A stretch of DNA of 64,000 nt from Okamejei kenojei (Eukaryota), in NCBI GenBank assembly GCA_035221665.1, contig CM069153.1, forward strand, positions 33,542,001-33,606,000. Reading direction: 5' to 3'. The notes below the pieces were generated by a model. The model was given only the letters and a program-made list of their open reading frames with translations. It had not been told where the DNA came from and did no database searches. Shown in pieces: positions 38,711 through 51,629 of this stretch. A program made the translations under genes and the position numbers. The stretch's first letter is position 1, and the number at the start of each line of letters is the position of its first letter.

Positions 38711-39146
38711 AAATAAATATGAGAAAGGGTTATAGAATGATGCAGCAGAGAATTCCACATGACCGATCATTCATGAAAGAGCTATTCAATTAATCTTATA
38801 CCTTTACTTACTGTCGCCACCAAAATCTTTCTTTTCCACATGGATTTCCAATGTCAAATTCCAAAATAAACGTTGTCAGCAAATATGCTGCCACCTTATG
38901 GAAACCACTAAAATAATTATCATCATAACTAATCCTCCCATATTCCCTTTGTGAATCCTTCTAATCCCTGCACAAAGTTAGAAACCCTCGCTGAATATAG
39001 GGAACTCACAGAATGAAATTCGAGGCAGGGAAGGAGTCCATCTAACCTATCATGGCCATCCTAACAAATCTGTTATTCCACAGTAAGTATGAGTATGATG
39101 AATATACCCAACGATCCATCAGGTTAACCCCAAATCTTTTTCAAAC

Positions 39147-39830
39147 TAATTACTTGAATGCTTACCCTTTACATTTTCCACAGCAAGGATCCACTTTTTC
39201 AGCAGCCTTATGTGTCACAGTTTTCAGAAAACTATTCAGGTTGTAGCACTTGTGTACCTAATGCAGAACAGAATCCTGTGTTACTGTACCCAAAATAGCA
39301 AACTCAGCAATGCCAGGGAAACAACGTTTGAGACAATAAAGTGCATTTCGTACTTCAATTAGAAAGATATCCCCGCAGAGGTAAATATTCCCCCAATCCC
39401 CCCACATCAACCACCAGCCTCACTCAGTAAATTGATAGACAGGATTTTGCTAAAAATGGTTGTACAAAATACATCATTAAAACAGCCACCGCTTAATTGA
39501 TGGATTGGATAACTGATTGGTTCTGGGCAATGCTGGTTTATTCCCAATTGATTTTACTCCATATTAGTCAATTGTCAGCAATATTGTGCATTCGGCAAGG
39601 CATCGTATTCCCATGGAATTCCAGTCTGGTGATGTAGGATAAAATGACCACTCGTGTCTCACTGTTCAGCTGCACAGGATTTTTCATGTATTCTCTCATA
39701 ACATTAACAGTAGAAGAAGGCATAATGCCCTTGATTCTGATTTGCCATTCAATATGTTAATGGTCAATCTTGCACCTCACCTCTATTCTATGCCTCATTC
39801 CCATATTTCTTGATATCCTTACACAATATG
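39147..39830 (+). repeat. Local segmental duplication, copy B (direct repeat of 25794-26463)
   Basis: Collinear match over 684 bp with small indels relative to copy A. Confidence 0.95.
39166..39257 (-). other. Candidate 92-nt exon within duplicate copy B
   Basis: Acceptor ttctgttctgcattag, donor AGG|gtaagc; only open frame is VHKCYNLNSFLKTVTHKAAEKVDPCCGKCK. Confidence 0.3.
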
Positions 39831-42814
39831 ACCCACAGTTAAATATTCTGATCCTCTGAAAGCAGAAGGACGGGGTTTTATTTATTTAAGGAGAGGTTAT
39901 AAATCTTCAACATGGGTGTGGGTAGAGATTAATGAGGAGCGTGGGGAATATTCTGTGTCCAGTGTGTTTGACTCTCTTGTATCCAGAGCTCTGGCAAAAT
40001 GAGTGAAGCTCAGATCAGTCATTGGGAAAATTCTGTTTGCTTCATTATTAATAAACATGTAGAAGGATGAGTGTCTCAGTGATGAGCTGGGCCTTTATTA
40101 AATGTTACCCAAAGGAAAATCATACTAACTCTTCATTTTTTTCTTTCCCATTTAATAAGATCAGACACACTAATGTTTTCTTGTTTGTTTTATTTCTGTG
40201 TATTGTTTAAAGCATCATCTAATGGACCATGCCATTTTATCTGGAATGCAGCTATCATGTTGATCGTGGACATTGCAGCTAAGATTTTCTTAGAAGTCTA
40301 CTTCAAGATGAAAAATGAACTTGTGGCTGAATTCTGGTTACTATTCCTCAGCTCGAGACTCTGGGGATTCCCTCCCCCTCCTAAGTCTAAAGAAAAATGG
40401 TGGATTGTCTGATGGGTTTCCTTATGCCTCTGTAAACTCACAAACGTATTAAAAATTGGTCATTTTAGTTGTACAAATTTGCCCTCTGATAATTTTTGCC
40501 GATAAAAACTCAGTGCAGAGTTCTACTGTGATTAAAGTAATTATTAACTCCACACAAATAATCTGAATTTGGTTATTCACTACTCTCATTGGATCTGGTA
40601 TAACATAGGATTTGTTCTGCATTGACAAAAAGATAAATGCTCTAACAAGATTATTACATCTTTGATCGATGTAGCTGGTTAATTTATACATTTGCCTTTT
40701 ATGTTAGGTTGTGTTTTACCAGGGAAAATCAACATTGTGTTGAATTAGTGGATTTTAAATCAGCAGGAATAATCCCACCCAGTTTGCTAACCAAGCTCCA
40801 GTCAAAAAGTGTTGGCTTGGCTATCATCTACCCGCTTGGTCTAAAGACCTATTGGTCCAAAATAACACATAAACATTGACAACTCAGGCAATACCCCAAA
40901 AGCAACATGAATTCCATGTAGTTTCCTTCAAAAGGAAGAGCGGGCAATATTTAAGATGTGAAATGAAGATAGGAGTGTGTCGAGGGAATCATTTTACCCT
41001 GAATGGATCTAGCTAAATAATCTTTTCTCACTGCATATCTGCCCATGTAAATGTGTTTTAATCATTTAATCATATAATCACAACAGTAATACATGGACTA
41101 ACTCTGAAGCCTGATGTTAAAGAATTTACTTCCCCTGACCCATCCAATGAATAACACAAGCCTAGGATCCTGCAGCTAAATATATGTCCCTTTTCTAATT
41201 TGTTTGGGAAGTTTGTCTCTGCAAAAAAAGAAAAGATTTACATTTTTGAGTGTTGTGGTCAGATTCCAGAATGTCTTTCACAGTTATGCAAAATGTGCAA
41301 CTTCATTCAGCATGAACATCACAGCAATGATGGCCTGCTATTCCTTATAAACACGACTTGCATTTATTTGATATCCTCACTATGACACATCAAAGAATTT
41401 CATAGAAAATCAAGTATTAGCCAAAGAAGAGATAGGAGGGTTGACTGAGAGCTTAGTAAAAGGTTTCAAGGATGAAATTATAGAACAAGTTGGAAGTGGA
41501 TGGAGGCTCTGGATGGAATTCCAGGTTATTTAAGCAGTCCTTTGGCAGTGCTTTGTTTCTACTCCAGTTGTCTAGGCTCTGAGGTGACATTTGAAGCCAA
41601 GATGAGAACTATAGACTCTTCCACATTAGGGGCAGGGTGTATCATGGGGTGGTCTGGTGAGCAGTGAGGTGGTGCTGTTCTGCCATTTTAAAGAGATTCC
41701 GTGTGCTCCTGATGTCTGGTCTTGAGTAACTCAATAGTATTCCTAGTATAGACACAAAGTGCAGGATTAATTGAGCAGGTCAGGAAGCATCTCTGGAGAA
41801 AAAAAGGATGGGTGGTATTTCGGGTTGGGACCCCTTTCAACTTTGAGTGGTCATTGTTCTCCGTGGTTTCCAGGAGTCGGTCTCTGAAGCAAACAGGAGG
41901 GCAGGGATCAATGATGCCCGGTAGACCATGAGTTTTGTGCTAGGTGTGAGAACTTACAAATATGCCTCAACCAAAGTCACTGCTCAAGTTCCAGTTCACA
42001 TTTAAGTGCTGTCCCACTTAAGGCTGTAGTGAATTCTGTCAACATAGTCGGCCTTCTTTATGAGATCCTGAAAAATTAGATATGGTCCATGTTTCCCAAG
42101 GTCTCAACATGAACCTTTAATGGTTGGAGGGCTATATGTTAGTAGAGGACCTTGGTCTTGAGGATGTTGAATGTAAGGCCCTTCCGAAGAGTTAAACCTT
42201 AAAGTTTTAAAATTACAACCATTTGATGGACAAGCGACAGACACTATTACAAAGGCACAAAATTACAAAAATATTACAAAATGGAGAGGTTTTGGGTTTG
42301 GAGTTGGAAGCTGCAGCGTTGGCCCATGTAACTATAAGAAACTGCACTAGCTAGGATTCACTATACTGTAAATGAGCGGTAAATCAACCAAGGTTCCTGT
42401 TCGCAAATCATAGCCACTATTTCCTGATAGGAAGTGTAATAACTCCCTTTTAAAGGCAGGAATTGTTGATAATATCAACAAAGGCCAACTATACTTGGAT
42501 TTTAAGGAGTAGGTCATGGGGAGATATGGGAAATAAAGAGGACATTGGAAGCACAAGATGAATAGAAGCAGACATAGGCCGAAGAACAGTGCAAACCCCA
42601 GTCCCCCACCTCAGTGCAGAATGTTTCGGAGCTCTGCATTACCACTGAGAGATGGTGAGCAGTAGTCACAGGCATCCTCTTCACCCATGCCCATTCCATG
42701 ACCTCACCCTCAGCTCAAGCACCCTTCATTTCCTACCAACCCATGGAACCAACCCTGAAATGGGTGAACATAAATTGAACATCATGAAATTGCAGGCTGT
42801 TTCTTAAGTTGAAA

Positions 42815-42995
42815 GTAGACACAACATGTTGGAGTAACTCAGCGGGACAGGCAGCATCTCTGGAGAGAAGAAATGAGTGACGTTTCGGTTCGAGACCCTT
42901 CTTCCCGCTGTCCCGCTGAGTTACTCCAGCATTTTGTGTCCTGTCTTGCTGAGTTACACCAGCATTTTGTGTCTACCTTTGATTTAAACCAGTTC
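42815..42995. mobile_element. Fold-back PLE tail element with a partial tail duplication
   Basis: ggagtaactcagcgggacag / ctgtcccgctgagttactcc; gctgagtta..ccagcattttgtgtc occurs twice. Confidence 0.75.
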
Positions 42996-44526
42996 TTTCC
43001 AACAAATGTTTATTTAGCTGTCTTATCTAGGACCTGTAGCGTGGTGAGCTAAGGAGGAACGGTTTTCATGAAGAAATATTTGGACAATTTCTCACTAGAG
43101 GGTTGGAAAGGAGCCAGATTGGACCCAAGCCCTTTTCACTGCCATGTCACCGCAGATAAATTGTTGTTTAAATATTAGATAGTGGGTGGGTGGAGGTTTA
43201 ACCAAATGGGTAAACTGGTGGAAACAGCAAATGCTGGAAACAGTAGATGAGGCAGCATCTGCAGAAAGAATTAACATTTCTTCAGAATTGGAGAAAAGAA
43301 AAAACAAGTTAAGTTGCGCACTTGAGGTGTCTTGGACTTCACGTGAGAAGAAAGGAACTGGAGAACGTTAGAGGTGCAGCTGTCTTACAACTCATCCTCT
43401 GGTGAGTGTATGTTGGTTGTACTTTGAGAGCAGAATGTAGCTGAAATATACTTCAGATAAATGCCTAATAAAGGAGTCTGCAATGCTGCCCTAATAGGCT
43501 ATAAAATTGGTACTTTGCATTCCTTTTAAATAGCGAATGCCTCTATCTATCATGAGGTGAAGGCAGGAAGAAGTGATTTTGATGATAAACTGGTTACAAA
43601 ATGATTGAACAAGTCACAGTTCAATCAAAGTGCACATTTATACAAGGTGGTAGATCTGCAAATCTTTTCCATTTATTTATAGTAAATCTATGACACTGAT
43701 TAGTTGCTATTTTTAATTTTGCGTCATACACACCTCTCAGCCCATTCTGGAAAGTTCCATTATATGTGCTCTCTTCTAACAGCTGACTCCTCCCATCCTT
43801 CTGTTTCTCCCCCACTCGCACTTCGAATAAATGCGAGGAATTCAACATTTTTATCTTTAAGACCGGGAATGTGTCTGATTGACTGTTGGATCACCAAACC
43901 TGCCCCACTCTCTTCCTCTAATTAAGTATTTGGTACATTAAGTCTCGGGTAATTCCTATTGGAGCAATCCTATCAGTTCCATTCATCCATTTCGCTATCT
44001 CAAATTTCTTTCCATGGTGCCAGAAATGAGACCCATCTTAACTGTAAACCCATTGTTGCCAGCCCATTACCCCATAGAGACAAGATCTGAACATAAATCT
44101 GATCGGTTTAGAAGGAGCATAGTAAATAAACCATTTATATACACGTACTGATAAGAAGGCATCTTTAATCCAATTAATAAATGTTGCTTGGGGAAAGTGG
44201 TTGCAAGTGCGCCTGGCCCTCGTGCTAGTTGACATTAATATATGTTTCTCATTCTTCTGACAATTAGGTCTTTCCTTTCAAAGTTACCAAATACACTCCT
44301 CCATTTTAAGGTTTGAAAGCTGCTGGCCCATTTCCATCTTTTCTACAATTCAAAGTTACTCAACAGACAGTCACCTCCCTCTTCTTGGTTCCTGCTCATG
44401 TAACCATATCCAAACACTCCCAATCAAATTTCTACACATTCCACGATGCATGAATAATCCTTAGAAATGTCATGAAGAACTGTGGCTGTAGTGCATTGCG
44501 CCCTGTTGTCCTCCTCAATGTCTTTA

Positions 44527-44650
44527 GAAGGGTCTCAACCCGAAACGTCGCTTATCTCCTTCGCTCCTTAGATGCTGCTGCACCCGCTGAGTTTCTCCAG
44601 CCTTTTGTGTACCCTCGATTCTCCAGCATCTGCAGTTCCTTCTTTAAAAA
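44527..44650 (+). mobile_element. PLE tail element, possible 7-bp TSD gtcttta
   Basis: gaagggtctcaacccgaaacgtc...agcatctgcagttccttct. Confidence 0.7.
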
Positions 44651-45049
44651 AAAGTCTTTACAGTCATCCTTGGAGAAGATTTGGCTGGCAAGAACAGGAA
44701 GTGCGCAGAGTAAAGGTGGTGAGGCAAACGTTAGGACATTCTCATTCTCTGCTCAAATCTGTTGTTGGAAATTAGGATGGGGACGGGACAGAAGGTTGCA
44801 AGAAGGCAATTAAAAGAAGATTGTAATTAATAGAAGGGAATATAAACCTGGAGCTATCGCGAATGTATTGAGACGAGAAGGTTGACCAAATCCTTTGTAG
44901 TTTTTATAGATTCCAACATATTCCCAGATCAGCAGCACTGCTCACATTTCATTCCAATCATCGTGAACAGCTTTTTTTTCCTCTCTCAGTGAGATCATCA
45001 TAGAAATCTCTCCAGGTTCTGCTCTTTGATCTACCCTCATCGTAGAGGC

Positions 45050-45180
45050 ATATCGTGATATAGTGTGGAAACATGCCCTTTGGCCCAACTTGCCCACACC
45101 GGACAACATGTCCCAGCTACGCTAGTCCCACTTGCGTTTGGTTCATATCCTTCCAAACCTGTCCTGTCCATGTATCCAAG
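45050..45180 (-). mobile_element. CR1 tail fragment
   Basis: ccctttggcccaacttgcccacacc...ccaaacctgtcctgtccatgta; same family as 59070-59345. Confidence 0.7.
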
Positions 45181-45284
45181 GTTGTCTATTCAACATTTGG
45201 TTGCCTTACCAAATTTAACCTGTCCACTATCCACAAAACTCTCCAACACTGGCCTCTGGTCTTAACACTCGGTTGGCCATTAAG

Positions 45285-45565
45285 AGTGGCACCGTGGCGC
45301 AACGGTAGAATTGCTGCCTCACAGTAACAAAAACCCAGTTTTGATCCTGATTATGGGTGCTGTTTGTGTGGAGTTTTTATGTTCTCTCTGTGACCGTATG
45401 GGTCATCTCTGGTTGCTCCGGTTTCCTCCCACGTTCCAAAGAGATGCAGTTAATTGGGTTTGTAAATTGCCTGTAGCATGCAGGACATAGAACTAGTGTA
45501 CGGGTGATCGATGGTCGGAGTGGACTCGGTGGGCCTAAGGGCCTGTTTCCATGCTGTATCTTTAA
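45285..45565 (+). mobile_element. HE1/V-SINE-like SINE, near full length
   Basis: A-box-like gtggcgcaacggtaga, central ctccggtttcctcccac, tail gggcctgtttccatgctgtatc. Confidence 0.85.
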
Positions 45566-46744
45566 ATCAACTTTTCAGATAGACGCAGCAATCAACATAT
45601 TTAGCAGAAGGTGTGATTTTTTTTTTTTTTAAATACAATGATGCAGAAAGCAGGACAAGGTGAGAACAGGAGATAACGCTAATTCAGGTGATGTTTATAA
45701 TAACGCAAAGGATCACAATTAACTGATCCTCAATGAGTTGCATATTCTCTAAAAGGCGACTGTAATTCTCGAGTAAGACAACTATGTTCCTGGGATAGAT
45801 CAGCCATTGTGTATTAAACATTTGCTGCCTCCTGATTTCTTTCTATTTCTCTGATCCCTTTTATCCTCTGTTAGTTATTCTTACGTTTTTACTCCTTATT
45901 TGTCTTCATTACTGCACATTAACAGTCAGCTCCTTTTGCCAACTCACAGGCACTCCCTCCCTGGTTCTTACATGGATTCAACTCCCACTGTCTTTTACCC
46001 CCTGCTCCTGGTCTCCCCGAATCTTCTCTTCCTTTACTTTAATATAATTTGACCAAGTACAACTGTCAGCTACATTCCCTGAAAGTGGGTGGCATATTGT
46101 GCATTGCCATTGTAATGGCCTGTTGGAGTACGAAAATATGGAATATCAATTTAGTGGGGTGTCAGGACACAACAAAACTACAAAGATCCACGTAGGAAAA
46201 CCATAGAGGTGCCCTCCTTAGGGCAGAAAATGTTACGAAGATTAGGAGAAAGTGTTCGAATTAAGGAAAGGTTAAGGGTAAAGTGTGAAAAATTGTTAAT
46301 TGTCACTGAATGCAAAGCAAGGAGACGGAATTAGATTAGAAAAGAGACCACTAGATTAGAAAGGGAGGTCACAGAGAATGTTTCCGTACCAGGGTTTATT
46401 AGAATACGGAATGCTTTATTACAAGAGGCAATTGAAGCTGACATTTAAGGAGGAATTGAAGAAGAGTAGACTGCAGAAAGGTCAGAAAAATGGAATCAGA
46501 ATTGAGCTAAAACAACACAAAGAATCGCATTCACATCCAGCAGTGGAGTGTTCAGTCCAGTGTTACATTGCTTGTGTAACCAAGAGGTAGTATAAAATAA
46601 AGGATCTCCCTACAAATATATCTCTCTGCCTCCTTACCCCTCTGTTCAGCACCGTGTATCCATTTAGTCCACTTCTGCCCCAATATAAAATTGAACACAC
46701 ACCTCATTCTGACCCGAGCACAGCCAGAAAACATAATTTTTCCA

Positions 46745-47075
46745 GGGCAGCACAACTACTGGAGTTGATGCCTCACAGTTCCGGCAATATGGGTTCAATG
46801 TTGACCTCCAACACTGTCTGTGTGATGTTAATGCGTGCTCCCTATGACCATGTAAGTTTTCTCCAGTGCTCCCACTTTCCATAAATGTTTGAGTTGGTGG
46901 AACAACCGGCCACTGTAAATTGCCCCTATTGTGTAGATGAGAGGGAGAATCGAGGAGTGAGTTGATGTGAGTGTGGGCAGAATAAAATCGGTCCGGGTAG
47001 GATAGGCTCCTTGGTGGTTGGCATGGACCTGAAGGGCTGAAGGATGAGTTTCCATGCTGTATCTTTTTATGACTC
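46745..47075 (+). mobile_element. HE1/V-SINE-like SINE, degraded
   Basis: tgcctcacagttccggcaatatgggttcaat...gaagggctgaagg...tttccatgctgtatct. Confidence 0.7.
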
Positions 47076-47944
47076 TGCTACTTATCTGATCTAAACATTG
47101 TAGTGAATATAACAGTCTTAAACAGGCTATTAATTTGCCCGACATGAAACGACACGATACGATGTAACTTTATTTATCCCAGGGGGGAATTGATTTGCCG
47201 ACAATCATAAAAACACAAAAACACAAAGCAGCAAATATTGATCAAGAACAGAGGAGACGGACAGTAATACTGACCATATCATCCTGAGCCAGCAGAGTAC
47301 TGAGCTTGGCCCATATGTTTCCACCCAATCAAGATCCAAAGGTTTTATCGAATCTGTACTGAACGCAATGCGATCCAGGTCACAGGAGCCTCCTGTCCCG
47401 ATTACTCGCAGCCCTTCTGAAAATCACTCTGCAGAAATGAGTCCAGTGCAGGCAACAGTGCGCGGCTCCTGCTGGGAGGATGATGGGTGAGAGGCTTTCC
47501 CACAGATTGCTCATGGTTTGGACCATCTGCAGATGAAAGAAATATAAACTGTTTCAGAATACAATTGTGCCAAAAAGTTCAGTAAATCTGACACTGTTCC
47601 AAAATGTATCCAACGTCTTTTTTGCTTTTGCACATATTCCTAACGAATAAATGAAAATAATACTCTTTGTTTGGTTCTGGTGCTCTGTAAAGGGTATTTG
47701 GTAAGACTGAAAACAATGCTTTATTTATGTTAACCTGCCATTTTTACTCATTATTTTAAGTTATATTCTGACTTCCATATATTTTGTCTTCACTTTCATT
47801 TTATGCAGACATTCAGTGTTGCTCTTTTGTTATGTCCAGTTCTAGCATATTCTGTCATTTGATGCTTTTAAACATATGGGTCCTGCGAGTATATTTTAAT
47901 AAAGATGGTATCTGACTTGGCAACAAACACAATTGGAGATTTCA

Positions 47945-48150
47945 CGCAGAATGCTGGAGTAACTTGGCGGGTCAGGCAGCATCTGTGGAGTAAAGGGTGA
48001 CCTTTCAGGTCAAGACCCAAGTCTGAAGAAGGGTCTCTACCCAAAACGTCACCTATTCCTTCTCTCCAGATGCATCCTGAGCCGCTGAGTTACTCCAGCA
48101 TTTTGTGTCTATATTTGGTGTACACTAGCCTCTGCAGTTCCTTCCTACAC
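47945..48150. mobile_element. Fold-back PLE tail element
   Basis: aatgctggagtaact...gtctgaagaagggtctctacccaaaacgtc...agttactccagcatt. Confidence 0.75.
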
Positions 48151-48194
48151 AATTGGAGGTTCAATCAATCCAGCTGTTATGCAAAATTATCAAA

Positions 48195-48962
48195 AGTAGA
48201 CTATTATCTGAATGGTGGCCGATTAGGAAAGGGGGAGATGCAACGAGACCTGGGTGTCATGGTACACCAGTCATTGAAAGTAGGCATGCAGGTGCAGCAG
48301 GCAGTGAAGAAAGCAAATGGTATGTTAGCATTCATAGCAAAAGGATTTGAGTATCAGAGCAGGGAGGTTCTACTGCAGTTGTACAGGGTCTTGGTGAGAC
48401 CACACCTGGGTATTGCGAACAGTTTTGGTCTCCTAATCTGAAGAAATACATTCTTGCCATAGAGGGAGTACAGAGAAGGTTCGCCAGACTGATTCCTGGG
48501 ATGGCAGGACTTTCATATTATGAAAGACTGGATAGACTCAGCTTGTACTCGCTAGAATTTAGAAGATTGAGGGGGGATCTTATAGAAACGTACAAAATTC
48601 TTAAGGGGTTGGACAGGCTAGATGTAGGAAGATTGTTCCCGATGTTGGGAAAGTCCAGAACAAGGAGGTCACAGTTTAAGGATAAGGGGGAAGTCTTTTA
48701 GGACCGAGATGAGAAAACCATTTTTCACACAGAGAGTGGTGAATCTGTGGAATTCTCTGCCACAGAAGGTAGTTAAGGCCAGTTCATTGGCTATATTTAA
48801 GAGGGAGTTAGATGTGGCTAAAGGGATCAGGGGGTATGGAGAGAAGGCAGGTACAGGAGACTGAGTTGGATGATCAGCCATGATCATATTGAATGGCGGT
48901 GCAGGCTCCAAGGGTCGAATGGCCTACTCCTGCACCTATTTTCTATGTTTCGTTGTTTCTAT
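48195..48962 (+). mobile_element. CR1 LINE (HER1-like), 5'-truncated ORF2 C-terminus and 3' UTR, frameshifted
   Basis: QRDLGVMVHQSLKVGMQVQQAVKKANGMLAFIAKGFEY...LLQLYRVLVRPHL; LYSLEFRRLRGDLIETYKILKGLDR. Confidence 0.92.
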
Positions 48963-49484
48963 GTACACAGTACAACTTCGACTATAAATTGCCTCTTACT
49001 ATCTCAGGCATTTTGCATGATATCCTACGCACAAATTGGTCCCTCAATCCATTCCGAACAGCAGTTACATTAATACAGTATATTGGTTGATCATATATCT
49101 GGCTTCCCACTGGCGATTCTCTTTAGTATTACAGCCCAATTCTCACTTTCTGTAAGTTAAGCCTATGTCAGATGTTAAAAAAATGTATGAAACTTATTGA
49201 TGTCAACTCAGTTGATGGTGAAATTATCGGCCGTCTTATATGGATAAGGTTGGCTGTTCTTTCAGTGCCTGCTTATGCTGTCTTTTCTGATTGCCAGCTG
49301 TGCTGTAGAGCTGGCTGAAGTCTTGCTCCAGAGTGATACAGACTAATCCATCTGGGTCCCAGTTCAGCACTGAGGGACCGATGCAGTACAGAAAACCTAG
49401 CAGCCAATTTGTGCACAAGATGTGTACAATATTTGGATTGGTACCTGGATAGGAAAGGTTTAAAAGGCACAGGCAAATTGGTAC

Positions 49485-49660
49485 GGAGGAACTGTAGATG
49501 CTGGTTGAAATTGCAGACAGGCACAAAAGGCTGGAGTAACTCAGCGGATCTCTGGAGAAAAGGAATAGGTAACATTTCAGGTCGAGACCCTTCTTCAGAC
49601 AGAGTCAAGGGAAAGAGGAATGAGAGATAAAGACAATTAGATAAATGAATGGAAGATATG
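49485..49660 (-). mobile_element. PLE 3' end
   Basis: ggaactgtagatgctgg...ggtcgagacccttcttcagac plus UTR matching 7040-7120 in reverse. Confidence 0.75.
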
Positions 49661-49687
49661 CATAAACCAATAGGATTAGCTCAGTAG

Positions 49688-49981
49688 TGGCCCTGTCCCA
49701 CGGTACAAGTTCATTCCAAGAGCGCTCCCGGGTTTTCCCTGATTCGAACTCGGAGATTTACGGTAATGGCCGCTCGTCGGTTCTCGGGGCTCTCGTGGAC
49801 ATTTTTCAACATGTTGAAAAATCTTCACGAGTCTTTCCGAGCTTACCTGCCGTTAGCGTTACAAGCCGCTAAGAGTCATCCCCGAGCTCCACTATGTTCA
49901 TTCTCCGTGCTTATCACGAGTTTGATTTTTTTTAAACTCAGGAGAGCTCTTGGAATGAACTCGTACCGTGGGACAGTGCCA
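49688..49981. mobile_element. MITE, same family as 310-406
   Basis: TIR TGGCCCTGTCCCACGGTACAAGTTCATTCCAAGAGC with its near-perfect inverse; central palindrome ATTTTTCAACATGTTGAAAAAT. Confidence 0.85.
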
Positions 49982-51629
49982 TTAGGCACCTTGGTCAACT
50001 AGACAAATTTGGGCTGTAAGCCAATTTCCAGGTTATACAACTCTGTGACTCTAAGATATCACACTAGATGCCTGAAAATGTGAAAGGTAATTTATAGCGT
50101 TAGTGTTGCTTTCTTTACGCTCTGATAATTTTGCATAAATACTTGATAAATTGAACCTTAATAAACTAAAAAAAAGCAAGAATTAAATCTGGTGTGTTTT
50201 TTTTGTGCACTGTTTTAGTGCTGTAGAATTTCCTGCTTACTTAATTCAGGCACCTATGTTAAGACTGAAACACTGATTTTCAGGCCTTGTCTCTTTTCCT
50301 TGGGATGCTGTGCTTATGTGCAACAGCTGACAGTCTGCACACAGATCCATTAAGTTCCATTTATTTTGAGTGGCACAGACTGGTTTCTGCACTAAGTTTT
50401 GACATTCCAGGCTGCTCTGTTGCAAAGCGACTTGTTGGGTTTTCAAGCTGTCACTTTTTCCCCGAACCAAACTGACTAAAAACCATTCTTCGATGTTCAG
50501 AGCGACAACCCATCCAACTCATCATTACATCTCAGTTTCCCCAAAAGCATTAATTACTTACACAATTCTCACTCACTTTTCCTCTCCCATTGTGACATTC
50601 AGACCTCTGCTTATCTCTTTCTTTTCTCTGTCTCTTGCTCACTCCCACGCACGCATTCATTCCCTAAAGTTGCATTGTGGAGCAGACATGCACAGTATCA
50701 CAAACATATTGCTATCAGTGCTGCAACGGACAAATTTCATGATTCAAATTTAATTCCTGTCAAGGCTCAAAAGCAAGCCTCGTAGCAGGGTAGTGATAAT
50801 CAGTGAGGAACAAGTGACATGCTTGACATATAATTAATGTCAAGTAACTGCTAATACCATTTGATTTCTAATGCAAACCAGAGTCTGGATTTATTCCCTT
50901 TCAGTCTGCTATTGTCATCATTCTTTTCCATGTGTCAGCTAAGCATTATGTTTGGCACAAACATTGTGGGCCGTTCTTGTGCTGTACTGTTCTATGCCGT
51001 ATGTTCCATTCAGCATCTGTGAAGAGAGAAACAGTCAAAGTTCAAGTCAATGAGCATTCTTTGGGACTTATCACTGACCTTATATTTTCTTCATCTATAC
51101 TGCATTATTTCACTGAATTATCCTCATCCTTTAACTCGGAGAATCATTTAGCACTTCTTTGGAAGAACTGCCCAGTGTAATTCCACTCTTCGTCCTCTGT
51201 CATTTATAAGCTAATCCTCAGTGTTAACACCATCAGGACAGTGCCCATTCTTGTTTGGAGCTGAAGGTAAACTGCCAGGAAAACCCAGTGGGCCAAGTAG
51301 CATCTGTGGAGGCAAATGGATGATTAACATTTCAGGCTGAGTCCCTGATGCAGAATCTCGACCCAAAGGGTCAACAATTCCTTTGACTACACAGAAGCTG
51401 CTTGACAGCACCTGCAGCCTCTAATATATTTTTATTTGGATCTGTCACAATTGCTGCAGAAGATTGTGGATTCAAGTCCCACTCAAGGGACTTGTGCAAA
51501 AAAATAGCTTAGAGCCATACCAGACACTGCCACAGTGTGGCAGTGTTCTGACTGGCAAGCTGCTGCTTGGTCATTTTCCATTGAGTCTCCGGTAGACAGT
51601 GTCAGTCAAATATGTAACTTGTATGTAAA

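Noticed and set aside
45285-45360. tRNA-like A/B boxes (also at 56200 and 17990-18060)
   Set aside because: These are SINE heads; no cloverleaf.
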